DNA from: a virus
Lineage: Duplodnaviria > Caudoviricetes
DNA length: 37,573 nucleotides
IMG/VR virus record: IMGVR_UViG_3300014876_000008
Location: 1-37,573 of that record
Direction: 5' to 3' (one strand)
Shown: positions 19,401 through 27,430 of the stretch, in pieces
Layout of the letters: each line of letters opens with the position of its first letter
How positions within the stretch are numbered: position 1 is the stretch's first letter
Program-made: the position numbers and the translations under genes
The notes under the pieces: model-generated
Seen by the model: only the letters and a program-made list of their open reading frames with translations
Told to the model about the DNA's origin: nothing
Databases searched by the model: none

Positions 19401-20969
19401 GCTGGCGTTAGTAAAGTGCTTGGACATACGGAAGGGCGAGAGTTTGCGGAGGTCGGGGATCGGTTGTGGGGGCTTGGACAAGGGTCTATTGACGGAGTAA
19501 GAGGTTTCGCGAAGGCGATGACGGATGAGACCTACGCGTTGGAGAAAGAAGCGCGGATTGATGAACGGGCCTTTCGGCGCGCAATTCCTTCAGTGAATGT
19601 GGGCGGAATAGAGGTGCCTGTCGGACAGGCGATCCGTCTGCCGCTGCGGTTGTTGGCAGCGGAGGATGAGTTCTTTAAGGCGGTAGCGTTCCGACAAGAG
19701 CTTAACGTGCTGGCACGGCGGACGGCTCGACTCGAAGGCCTTGAAGGAACAGCACTCGACAGTCGCATCGCAGAACTTATCCTCGATCCGACTGATGAGA
19801 TGGTAATCGGGGCGGCGAAGTTTGCAGAGTATCAAACGTTCACGAATCAGCTTGGGCCGCAAGGCCGCGCGATACAACAGTGGGCTGATACGCATCCGTT
19901 CGCCCGGTTTGCTGTACCATTTATCAGAACGCCTACAAACATTGTGAAGTATGCGGGCGAGCGGACACCGTTTGGGCTGGCCTCGCGTCGGATACGCGAT
20001 GAGATAATGGGACGGTATGGGGAGGCTCGCCAGGCTGATGCGATCGCTCGTATGGCGTTGGGGACTACAGTGATGACAGCGGTAGGGGTGCTGGCGTTTA
20101 ACGGTCTGGTGACGGGCGGCGGGCCAACGCGGCCCGAAGAAATTAACACCCTTCGTCAAACAGGTTGGCAACCCTATAGTCTTAAAATTGGCGATACTTA
20201 TGTGAGCTATCGTGGGATGGACCCACTCTCTTTCCCGCTGGCGATCGCGGCGGACCTTGTTGAAGTGGCACAGCGGCTGGACAAGGAGGCCGGGAAGGAA
20301 GACCCGCAGTACGAACGCGCCGCGACGATGGCGGCTGTTAACCTCGCTGGTCATGACGCCACCGAGAAACTCGCGATCCGTACTTTAGCAAATGCGATCC
20401 TGGCGATCTTCGAGCCAGAGCAACACGGACAACGGTTTATCAACTCGATGGTGGGGACGATCGTGCCAGGCGCGGTGTCGCAGACGGCGCAGATCGGCGA
20501 TCCTATTATGCGAGACACGCGCGGGCTTGTAGATACGCTGCGGGCGCGGATTGGGATGCGCCAAGGGCTGATGCCGCGCCGGGACGTGTGGGGCGAACTG
20601 ATACCACAGGCTGATGTCGGGCCGGTACAAGTGTCTCAAGAGACAACCGATCCGGTGCGGCTGGAAGTGATGCGGCTTGGTATGACAATGTCTCCAGCGG
20701 ATCATAAGATCAACAACGTAGAACTGACGCCGGAACAGTACGATCAGTATGTAAGGGAATCGGGGCGATTGGCTAAAATGAATCTTGATGATCTTATCGA
20801 GAAGCCCTCATACCAGAACGCCCCGGATGGGTCGAAGAAGATGATGATTAAGAAACAGATTGACGGAATGCGGAAGGCGGCGCGGGCTCATGTGATTATG
20901 GAGAGTATGGGTACGGAGAATGACCTGGTGGAGAAGGGGAAGCAAAAGAGGTTGGAGGCGCTTAGATAG
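16425..20969 (+). CDS. large internal virion (ejection) protein with zincin-like HExxH domain
   Basis: ~1514 aa, last gene of the arm; ADASTFMHESAH...HEKFARGFERYL.EG.APS; C-terminal LLSGP.TH, DEFFK, PFIRTPTNI, GWQPYS.KIGD.YVSY...DP. Confidence 0.8.
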   Translation: MSDLVPVDELIPAPPIPEVDVLIPKPQVGQYHTFDGRVMDEEFARGRKGAILDAFGVGAKQGWGHRPLGDTQAFEKDEVKVPGWIEQTRKLGLFNEWDKHEAKWWKTANEILFRGAATAVDLAFRAPMALGYGGLNTLVEGRAIPRDVAGMIEAFPAGRATGLPTRGVPNTTGVLFQGGRRGQLAAEVQGLEQARNLTVELQDARRLGLLGEGTQAEARVAFAPEGVESATERVVRGPEPVPVVEPEPAAVVPTDVHGLARMIAPDTFKVWDELTERRDALTQWIDEQRALRDAPAQARIDDILGKVNGVEARLTNRAATRLELARRELEEIQAVDTPAMAAARLARQDLDFEMRDLAPTVAEATREAQRQMPVPEVETGLAPARDPVVVPITQALDAELRAQGWMAEAIEQMGPAEKQLAVEQGRAAAIELGEAPARQIVELSQRRPTIAREVENQLVAAGRPREEAVAHAAIVQAHYEARAARFQGALGRARDLYEREGPTVVGAESAARRGGFNLARNEIGLFRTADASTFMHESAHSWLEEMKRDALHEAAPASLKADLQTVKEWLGAEDTFTRAQHEKFARGFERYLMEGQAPSSRLAKVFEQLKTWLTQLYQTVSRLRAPITNDIRGVYDRLLAAPTKEPVIVPERPGAVDFATHAETVARETPAVDAAQAAEQLLAERERVAQLLSRVVDDVRREAKRGPQRVVLPEREGTGGEPASPRESVAAADGTLRPIRNPPTGTSTAPRTASEPFGAVDGPLVDKAGNIRIENLNVPEDVAVSIRAAAEEGGGFVEARRNVLRDDEVLDLADDLGMSPKRLDRRRIGEAFNAEEILAARRLLVRSATEVRDAMAKAAIGDEQGIIAYAIARERHLMIQEQVAGITAEAGRALRAFRQIEGMTDAKSLTDFFQKNIRKTPEALQREAQMGLKLDSAGQVGKFVREQAKPTWKDMTVEAWLSSLLSGPFTHIRNIAGNTTVALNAIAETGVAAGVSKVLGHTEGREFAEVGDRLWGLGQGSIDGVRGFAKAMTDETYALEKEARIDERAFRRAIPSVNVGGIEVPVGQAIRLPLRLLAAEDEFFKAVAFRQELNVLARRTARLEGLEGTALDSRIAELILDPTDEMVIGAAKFAEYQTFTNQLGPQGRAIQQWADTHPFARFAVPFIRTPTNIVKYAGERTPFGLASRRIRDEIMGRYGEARQADAIARMALGTTVMTAVGVLAFNGLVTGGGPTRPEEINTLRQTGWQPYSLKIGDTYVSYRGMDPLSFPLAIAADLVEVAQRLDKEAGKEDPQYERAATMAAVNLAGHDATEKLAIRTLANAILAIFEPEQHGQRFINSMVGTIVPGAVSQTAQIGDPIMRDTRGLVDTLRARIGMRQGLMPRRDVWGELIPQADVGPVQVSQETTDPVRLEVMRLGMTMSPADHKINNVELTPEQYDQYVRESGRLAKMNLDDLIEKPSYQNAPDGSKKMMIKKQIDGMRKAARAHVIMESMGTENDLVEKGKQKRLEALR

Positions 20970-22167
20970 CCGGTTGCGCCCAAACACAGTCCGTTCCATG
21001 TGCCCTTATCATCCCGGTCGAGAACATGAGTTGTACTACCCGCTCGACGGAGTGGGAGGGAAGGCGGCCGGCGAGGAATTGACGCATCTGCGCCCCGGTG
21101 CAGGCTTGGTTCTTCCGCACCTGATTTGTTATCAGCCAGTGGTGGCACTCGTTTATCACGCGGGCGTCGCCGCCCGAGGCCATTGCCAAGAAGATGTCGG
21201 CCATCGCCGCCTCGGCCTCGGTCAGCCAGTTCTGCGCGCGTTGAACGTCGAAGACGGTTATGGTGTGGCTGGCCCGGTCCGCCGCCGCGACCATACACAG
21301 CTTAAGTAAGTGTACCATCCGGCGCGTGTTATAGTGGGTGAGGCGCGGGTGTTTGGGCTCATGTTCGCGCCGGCCCTGGTTCCAGGCCTCTAGTACGGCC
21401 CCGGCCTCGCGCTCGAACAACAACTTCCCGACTTGGTTGCCGATGGAGGACAGGTCCTTTTTGAGGGCGCGCTCGAGGGTGGCGTCACGAGGAGCCTCGT
21501 CGTCGAGGAGGTTAAGGGGTTTTGGCGTGCCGAGGCCTTCGGAGTAAACGATGATAGTGCGGGATAGGAAGCCTTGATCCCAGGCGCCCGGCGGCATGAG
21601 GTCTGTAAGGAATGAGGCGGTGGTGCAAGCGATCATGTTGATCTGGGGGTGTTTGATGGTGAAGTCTAGGTCTTTCGTGCGACGTTTTTCTGAGTATAAC
21701 TTGTTGTCGTAAACGTCTGTAAGCATTCCCATGAAGGCGGTGTCGTAGGCGGGGATGAGGTTCATCAGTTCGCCGCAGGCGATGAGAAGGCTGTTGAAGG
21801 TGCCGAGTTCGGGGTGGCCGGGCGCGGATCGTTCGGCGTCTTTGAGGGCGTCTACGAGGGAGGCTTTGGTAAGGCTGGTGTGGGCGATTTTGTGGTCAGA
21901 GAGGACGTGCCACAGGTCTTCGCACTCGGTGAGGGCGCGAGTCTTGCCGGAGCCGGGCGGGCCGACTAAGAGGATGTACAGGTTGGGGTACAACACCTTC
22001 TTTTGGGACGTGATCCATACCTTGCGCTCGAGCGCGCCGGCGATGGTGGCGATAGCGGCCCACCGGAGGAAGAGGGGATCGGACTGGATTTCGCTGGCGT
22101 ATAGGGTGAAGTGGTCGATCCATGATGAGAGTTCGCGGCCGGGCCGGGCGAGGGGGACAATACTCAT
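20962..22167 (-). CDS. DUF3987-type P-loop NTPase, putative replicative helicase
   Basis: P..F.RWAAI..IAGALERKVW, YPNLYILLVGPPGSGKT (Walker A), GFLSR; ATG22167 overlaps the MTase stop. Confidence 0.75.
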   Translation of the reverse strand: MSIVPLARPGRELSSWIDHFTLYASEIQSDPLFLRWAAIATIAGALERKVWITSQKKVLYPNLYILLVGPPGSGKTRALTECEDLWHVLSDHKIAHTSLTKASLVDALKDAERSAPGHPELGTFNSLLIACGELMNLIPAYDTAFMGMLTDVYDNKLYSEKRRTKDLDFTIKHPQINMIACTTASFLTDLMPPGAWDQGFLSRTIIVYSEGLGTPKPLNLLDDEAPRDATLERALKKDLSSIGNQVGKLLFEREAGAVLEAWNQGRREHEPKHPRLTHYNTRRMVHLLKLCMVAAADRASHTITVFDVQRAQNWLTEAEAAMADIFLAMASGGDARVINECHHWLITNQVRKNQACTGAQMRQFLAGRLPSHSVERVVQLMFSTGMIRAHGTDCVWAQPAI

Positions 22168-22703
22168 AGAGACCAAACGAGTTTGCAAGGGCCGCGGTGG
22201 TGTTTATTCCAGACTATCCAGCAGAAGTCGGTTTTGCCCCCAACAGGTATTATATTTTGGCCGGCCGGCGGCATAGAAGGGCGACGGGATAATATGACTA
22301 CGGTTTCTGGAGGGTATTTGGAGTATAACGAGGCGTAACGGCGCTGCCCGTTTAAGAACGCGACACGAGCGAGTATGGCAACGCGACCGACCGTAACATC
22401 GAGTGCGTGGATTATAAACCGCTCGCTGAGATTGTATGGGGGGTTGCTGACGATGTTTGCTCGTATACGGAGGTCTTTAAAGAAGTCTTTCTGTTCCCCG
22501 AATCCTCGATCTCGTAGATCACTTCCAGTAGTTGTAAATCCATACTCGCCGAATGTTTTAGGGATTTTACCCGAGCCGCACGCGGGGTCGTGGATGGTCC
22601 CTTCAAACGGTACCGAATTGATGAGGCTCTCTATACACCGGCGCGGCTCGATGTACCAGTCATCGTTCTTGCGGGCGTACTGCTGTGTGAACTCGTAGGT
22701 CAT
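22164..22703 (-). CDS. small DNA amino-methyltransferase (likely N6-adenine)
   Basis: Motif I DPACGSG then motif IV IVSNPPY (gamma order); 179 aa. Confidence 0.85.
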   Translation of the reverse strand: MTYEFTQQYARKNDDWYIEPRRCIESLINSVPFEGTIHDPACGSGKIPKTFGEYGFTTTGSDLRDRGFGEQKDFFKDLRIRANIVSNPPYNLSERFIIHALDVTVGRVAILARVAFLNGQRRYASLYSKYPPETVVILSRRPSMPPAGQNIIPVGGKTDFCWIVWNKHHRGPCKLVWSL

Positions 22704-25114
22704 TTGACACCTAACAGATCAAATCGGGAATAGGGTTTGGAGGGGTTGCGGTCGCGCCGGCGCGGGTCGTGTCCTTTGAACTTGCGAAGGGAGTCGGGGT
22801 CGGAAGGGTCGTCGGACCAGTTCCACCCGGTCTTGGCCTCGGCGGGGATGGTGAAGGGGCGGCCCTCCTTCAAGGAAGTCTGCTGTTCACATAGTCCAAG
22901 CATTCTTGGCACAATACGATCCTCCTGCTCCTCCCGAAACTGAAAAAGAATAGAATCATGGACTTGTAATAGCATTTGAACGTCGTTCGTTCGCCACACA
23001 GAAAGTAATGCCTTGTCAATGGTGTCGGCGGTAACACTTTGTGGCTCGTAAGCGATCGCTTGCCGGATGGTTTCCGCGTCGCGCCAATGCCCGAAGAATC
23101 GTCTTTGTCTGCCAAGGAACGTCTCCAATCTTTGCACAGTCTTTATCTGCCCCTCTACCCATTCCCACCAGAGCTTGAACGCGGGGAACGCGCCGAGGTA
23201 CTCGTTCTGGAACCGGACTATGTCGCCGATGGGTATGTGGGTGGCGCGGGACATTTTGTCTGGCTGGCCTTGGTAGTTCGTGTTTCCAGTAATACTAATT
23301 TTGCCATTGCGCCGAATGTAAAACCATGATGACGGGACTGTTGGACACAGTACACGAACGTCGTGTGCAACATCTTTTGTATGGATAATACTTTTCCCTT
23401 CCACCCATTGACGATTATTTTGTTGTAGCCGCCAAACAGTTGACCCAAAACCGCTCATATATGGTTTACTTATGGTTCCTCCAATACCACGGATGCGGCC
23501 GAGGGTTTGATACCATTCGAGGTCGTTGCGTAGTGTTGACGATATTGTAACACTTGTGACGCCAATATGTCCGTCCCAATGCTTTAGTTCGTCTATAAAA
23601 TCGTCAATACATTGAGCGGTCCATTCGAGTATAAACGGACCTGGGTGTTTAGGAAAATTCTCTGATAACCAATATTTGTTGGAAGCTCCTGTCCGAAGTT
23701 CATAGTCGTAAAGTTGACAAAGCTCGTGGAGTCTCTGTACTTTACGCGGTTTTAAGAGATGGAAGCTTATCTGATATTTAGAAGATTGGTGTCCATCAGC
23801 CATGAATGCGGCTATGAGTCGTGCAGGTACTTTCGTAGTACCACCGACGTATCCAAATCCGAGTGGCATTACAGTACCGGGACCTTCTACAGCTGGTTTG
23901 TCGCGTGTAGTAAGGGTGCGCCTATCAGGTTTGTATGGTACTCGATGGTCGTAAGTCATTAAGCAGCTTATTGAATTGCCTTCGAAGTTATGAAGATGTC
24001 CAGTGTACTCGTGATCTTCCCAATGCGACACATTGTCGAACTCTGATTTGTCGTCGTTCCATGTTAGTATGTTAAGTGGTTTATCGGTTATTGGAACCCA
24101 GCCGTCTTTAGTTAAGACTTCATGGTCTTCTGTGAGACAGCCGTGTCCCAAACGCTTACTAGCGTCGCGATAACTGAACTCGCGATAGAACTTGTCAGAA
24201 GCGATTTCCCGATCACCGCCCAAATCTCCTGTAAAGGGAAGTTGGCGAAAAGCAATACGAGATACGCTGGTATGCAAATCACCAGACTCGCAAGCGTCAA
24301 GATACTTTGAATCTCGAAAAAGGTTCCAATGAATTGCGCCGACGGCGCGGGAGTCGGACTGCTCGAGGTCGATGTTGCAGAACTTGTAGCCGGGGTCGGA
24401 GACGAAGACAGATCGAAGTTTATTCTCGACATTCTGTAAATTGGTTCCTGTCCCGAAATCTGAATACGAAGAAGCAAGTCTTCCTGTTGTAGTGCCTGCA
24501 ATATTGAATGACGTTCGAAGTCGTCCGTCGGCGTCAACTGAAGTTGACAGAAAGGAGATTTTCTTTCCGAGTTCACGGAGAGCGTATAAGTGCCGGACGA
24601 TAGGTTCTGCATAGAAGTAGTGCTCCAAGGTTTCGAGGGCCTCGCGACCCACCGTAGGGCGGCGCTCGCCGCGGGCGTCACGTTTCCATTGAGTGGGAAG
24701 GCCCATGATGTTGAAGAACAAGTGTTGGAGCTGAGTATCGCTCGGCCAAGGGTTCTTACGGTTCTTGGTGATCTCGAAGTCCCAGCCGATACCGTCGCGG
24801 ATTATGGTATTTAGCTGGGAGGAGAGTTTGTTGATTTCGAGGCGGTACTCGCGAAGGACCTGATCGCGGCGTTGAAGGTCTATGAGCACGCCGCGCGCGT
24901 TCATGTCGAGGATGGGGCCTTGAAGGGCGCGGGAGAAGTTGTAGGTACGACGGGTGGTTGGTGTTAGCTGGGGAAGGAGGGCGTCAAGTACTTCCCAGGT
25001 GACCATGCAGTCCAACCCATTATAGACATACAAGGAATCACTTCTGTTAAGACTTTTTGGATCGAGTGTTTGTGTTTGTACGATTCTCATCGTACCCATC
25101 CGTATTTTGAGCAT
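22700..25114 (-). CDS. polA: family A DNA polymerase (ExoIII + polymerase domain), intein-containing
   Basis: YNGLD, TTTGRLAS, NLQN, motif A DLEQSDSR, DLH, motif B R..SKRLGHG//TNY, PQS, motif C QVHDS. Confidence 0.93.
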   Translation of the reverse strand: MLKIRMGTMRIVQTQTLDPKSLNRSDSLYVYNGLDCMVTWEVLDALLPQLTPTTRRTYNFSRALQGPILDMNARGVLIDLQRRDQVLREYRLEINKLSSQLNTIIRDGIGWDFEITKNRKNPWPSDTQLQHLFFNIMGLPTQWKRDARGERRPTVGREALETLEHYFYAEPIVRHLYALRELGKKISFLSTSVDADGRLRTSFNIAGTTTGRLASSYSDFGTGTNLQNVENKLRSVFVSDPGYKFCNIDLEQSDSRAVGAIHWNLFRDSKYLDACESGDLHTSVSRIAFRQLPFTGDLGGDREIASDKFYREFSYRDASKRLGHGCLTEDHEVLTKDGWVPITDKPLNILTWNDDKSEFDNVSHWEDHEYTGHLHNFEGNSISCLMTYDHRVPYKPDRRTLTTRDKPAVEGPGTVMPLGFGYVGGTTKVPARLIAAFMADGHQSSKYQISFHLLKPRKVQRLHELCQLYDYELRTGASNKYWLSENFPKHPGPFILEWTAQCIDDFIDELKHWDGHIGVTSVTISSTLRNDLEWYQTLGRIRGIGGTISKPYMSGFGSTVWRLQQNNRQWVEGKSIIHTKDVAHDVRVLCPTVPSSWFYIRRNGKISITGNTNYQGQPDKMSRATHIPIGDIVRFQNEYLGAFPAFKLWWEWVEGQIKTVQRLETFLGRQRRFFGHWRDAETIRQAIAYEPQSVTADTIDKALLSVWRTNDVQMLLQVHDSILFQFREEQEDRIVPRMLGLCEQQTSLKEGRPFTIPAEAKTGWNWSDDPSDPDSLRKFKGHDPRRRDRNPSKPYSRFDLLGVK
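23282..24139 (-). mobile_element. intein (286 aa) with LAGLIDADG-like endonuclease
   Basis: In-frame insertion CLTEDHEVLTKDGW...MTYDHR...LIAAFMADG...LKHWDG...VLCPTVPSSWFYIRRNGKISITGN; removal restores KRLGHG|TNYQ; visibly AT-richer than flanks. Confidence 0.92.
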
Positions 25115-25441
25115 TTACTCTTTGACATGGCGTACTTCCCGTGCAATCCCAAACGTTAAACTTCTCTCATTAGCCCGTAGCATTCCGGCCGACCATCCGA
25201 GGTCTACGTAAAACGCCACCAGACTAGCGGCTCGCCACCACTCGTACCCGAGCCGGATTCCGAGATCTCGTTCGGTGGGGTCGTCGTCTCGGAGGGCGCC
25301 GGGATAGAGGCGGTGGCTGGCAAAGGGAGCTTCGCCTCGGAGGATGGAGTCGCGGATGCAGAGATTGAGGTAGAGGAGGTTGCGTTCGTGCTCGGACTCG
25401 GTCGCGCCGGCGAAGGGGGACTCGAGGATGACGAGTCGCAT
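25115..25441 (-). CDS. nucleoside 2-deoxyribosyltransferase-like (DUF4406/DUF7768-type) protein
   Basis: VILESPFAG, RGEAPFASH.LY...L.D..P.ER..GI, FYVDLGWS.GM; RBS GGAAGG. Confidence 0.75.
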   Translation of the reverse strand: MRLVILESPFAGATESEHERNLLYLNLCIRDSILRGEAPFASHRLYPGALRDDDPTERDLGIRLGYEWWRAASLVAFYVDLGWSAGMLRANERSLTFGIAREVRHVKE

Positions 25442-25556
25442 GTTACTTCCTTCCCTCTAAAGGCACGAATGCTTGTGCCGTTAGTTATCCATCGGTTGGT
25501 GTGGCACGGGTTGAGGCACCACGGATGGTTGAGGGCGCGCTGGATGCGGGGGTCCA

Positions 25557-25997
25557 TTAATTATACTCCGCAACAGCGCGTTCTGCTTCCTCACGAGTTT
25601 TGAATGTTCCTATGTTTACGCGCGGTGCGTTAGGTTTATCTAAATAAGCCTTCCAAGTATTATGGGTATTATCTCGTCCTACCCCTTTACGTAATAAAGA
25701 CGTTTTACTATTAAGCATGTTTTGAACTTGTGTACATATTCTCAAATTAGTTTTTGTATTATCAGCTACATTTCTGTTTATGTGATCTATGACCAAGCCT
25801 TTAACACGCAATTCCCAAGGCCACACACGAAGAATTTGATGATATATATATATGATTGTTCTGCGCGGTACTGTTATTCGACGTGCTGCGCGTCCTTCTA
25901 AGCCTTGTGCGTACCAGTTAAATTTACAAAGATATTCATAATCATCGTCGTCTACATAAACTATTTTATTCTTGGTAAGATGTATAATTTGTGTCAT
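25557..25997 (-). CDS. HNH homing endonuclease with AP2-like C-terminal domain
   Basis: YVDDDDY, IDHINRN..DN...NLR.CT..QN..N, GV......WKAY....IGTFKTREEA; strongly AT-rich. Confidence 0.9.
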   Translation of the reverse strand: MTQIIHLTKNKIVYVDDDDYEYLCKFNWYAQGLEGRAARRITVPRRTIIYIYHQILRVWPWELRVKGLVIDHINRNVADNTKTNLRICTQVQNMLNSKTSLLRKGVGRDNTHNTWKAYLDKPNAPRVNIGTFKTREEAERAVAEYN

Positions 25998-27079
25998 TCG
26001 TCATCTCCGTGTTTAATGGTCTCACCTTTTTTCTTTGGCCGCATAGTCTTCCATGCCGGTTCATCTGTATAAATGCTGCCCATAAAACCCAAGCTTTTTT
26101 GTACTTCTGGCTGTAAAGCATGATGAAGTAACATAGTATCCTCTGTGCAATTGACTGGAGTTATACCGTAACGACGCCATAAGAAGTGTAAATCGAAAAG
26201 CCCATTTTGGAATACCTTCGGTACGGGCAATTCACAGATTTTTCTTATCAATTTCCAGGCTTCGACTTCATCTTCATGCTTCCAATAGCTCCGGTCCGGT
26301 TTGGTCTGGTCGAAGATCGGGATGACGAGAGCGTGTTGCGGGGACCACGCGAAACCGATACAGGTGATCTGGTCGCCGGCCGTTTCGATATCTACGCTGA
26401 GGCGAGCAGCCGCGCGGAGTTCGGGCAAGAGGCGCTCGATGTCGTCGATGGTGTCGGGAAGGTAAACGGATCGGGCCGGGCGGCGGATCTCCGGGAACGC
26501 CGCCTCGCGTTTGGCCTTGATTAAATCGAAAACGACGACCGGGCGTAGCCGCCACTCGCCGCGCATTAAGTAAGCGGGGTGGAACGTGGCGATCATCTTT
26601 CCGAACGAGCTCGGCGCAACAGTTCCGCGCGTCTTAGTAATAGTTGTAGCGCCGGTGAGGAACCAGAGGGCGGTAGCGCCGAGGGCGATGATAAGGTTTG
26701 GTTTGTGTTGGCGCAGTTCCGTCGCAAGTCGTTCGAGTTCAGGATAAAATTCCTCACGCAAGTATTTACCTGGTCGGATGGGATTATGCGCGTTTTGCAA
26801 ATGACTCTTGTCCCGCTCAAGTCGTGGACCGCATAGGTCTTCGATTCGATTCCCTGGAGGCTGGAAATTGAATACATTAGTGAGATGAATCCCCGCCTCG
26901 TAGTAGATGAGGTCTCGGTCATTGTTGTTCCAGCCCATTTGTTGTGTGGAGCCCGCGGGGAGGAGGCCGGCCTCTTCGAGGAGACGGTTTAGTTCGCGGC
27001 CCGTCGCGCCCATGAACGGGCGTTTGTGCAGGGCCTCGTCCTTGCCCCAACCCTCACCGATGACCACTACGTTTGACAT
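25994..27079 (-). CDS. uracil-DNA-glycosylase (family 4-like) fused to a partial 3'-5' exonuclease
   Basis: IGEGWG.DE....RPFMG.TG..L, TNV, TFHPAY; then ExoI SVDIET, ExoII FQNGLFD, DTMLLHH, SLGFMGSIYT. Confidence 0.88.
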   Translation of the reverse strand: MSNVVVIGEGWGKDEALHKRPFMGATGRELNRLLEEAGLLPAGSTQQMGWNNNDRDLIYYEAGIHLTNVFNFQPPGNRIEDLCGPRLERDKSHLQNAHNPIRPGKYLREEFYPELERLATELRQHKPNLIIALGATALWFLTGATTITKTRGTVAPSSFGKMIATFHPAYLMRGEWRLRPVVVFDLIKAKREAAFPEIRRPARSVYLPDTIDDIERLLPELRAAARLSVDIETAGDQITCIGFAWSPQHALVIPIFDQTKPDRSYWKHEDEVEAWKLIRKICELPVPKVFQNGLFDLHFLWRRYGITPVNCTEDTMLLHHALQPEVQKSLGFMGSIYTDEPAWKTMRPKKKGETIKHGDDE

Positions 27080-27233
27080 CAGCCGCCCTTATTTGGTGCT
27101 CGATGAGGAGACGTTCTTTGATGGTGGCGATTGCGATTGGGTCGGGGCGCTCGTATGGTTGGGGATCGCGGCGGCGGGCGCCTCGGCGGTACTCGCGCAT
27201 GTATTCGCGCATGTACTTACGAGGGTTTGTCAT
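27054..27233 (-). CDS. small basic hypothetical protein (59 aa)
   Basis: My translation: MTNPRKYMREYMREYRRGARRRDPQ...RSGHR*; ATGA-coupled to the upstream ORF. Confidence 0.6.
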   Translation of the reverse strand: MTNPRKYMREYMREYRRGARRRDPQPYERPDPIAIATIKERLLIEHQIRAADVKRSGHR

Positions 27234-27430
27234 CGCTTTATATCATTTAAGAGATTAGCACTGTGTAAAAGACTTCCAGATAGGAAATAGGCGCGGCGCG
27301 GCGATAAGTACACGCGTCCTTTGGCTTCCGCTCCGTACCACATCGTCACGCAGACCTCTCCATTAACTTCCGTCACCACCAGCCTTCGTTCCAGAGTTTC
27401 CTGCTTCGCGTAAAGCTCTTCTGGCGACAT
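27230..27430 (-). CDS. hypothetical protein (66 aa)
   Basis: RBS GAGGAG before ATG27430 (MSPEELYAK...); fills the gap after the ParB-MTase. Confidence 0.55.
   Translation of the reverse strand: MSPEELYAKQETLERRLVVTEVNGEVCVTMWYGAEAKGRVYLSPRRAYFLSGSLLHSANLLNDIKR

Noticed and set aside
25204-25557. 117-aa ORF MDPRIQR...
   Set aside because: It has a good RBS and coupled start, but two thirds overlaps the NDT-like gene out of frame as Ser/Pro-rich shadow sequence; not called as a CDS.
25115-25997. Group I intron (as in SPO1 pol with I-HmuI) joining UDG-exo to the polymerase
   Set aside because: The interval is filled with coupled ORFs including an NDT-like gene, both halves have their own start and stop, and I found no room or motifs for a ribozyme core. 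Not excluded without RT-PCR.
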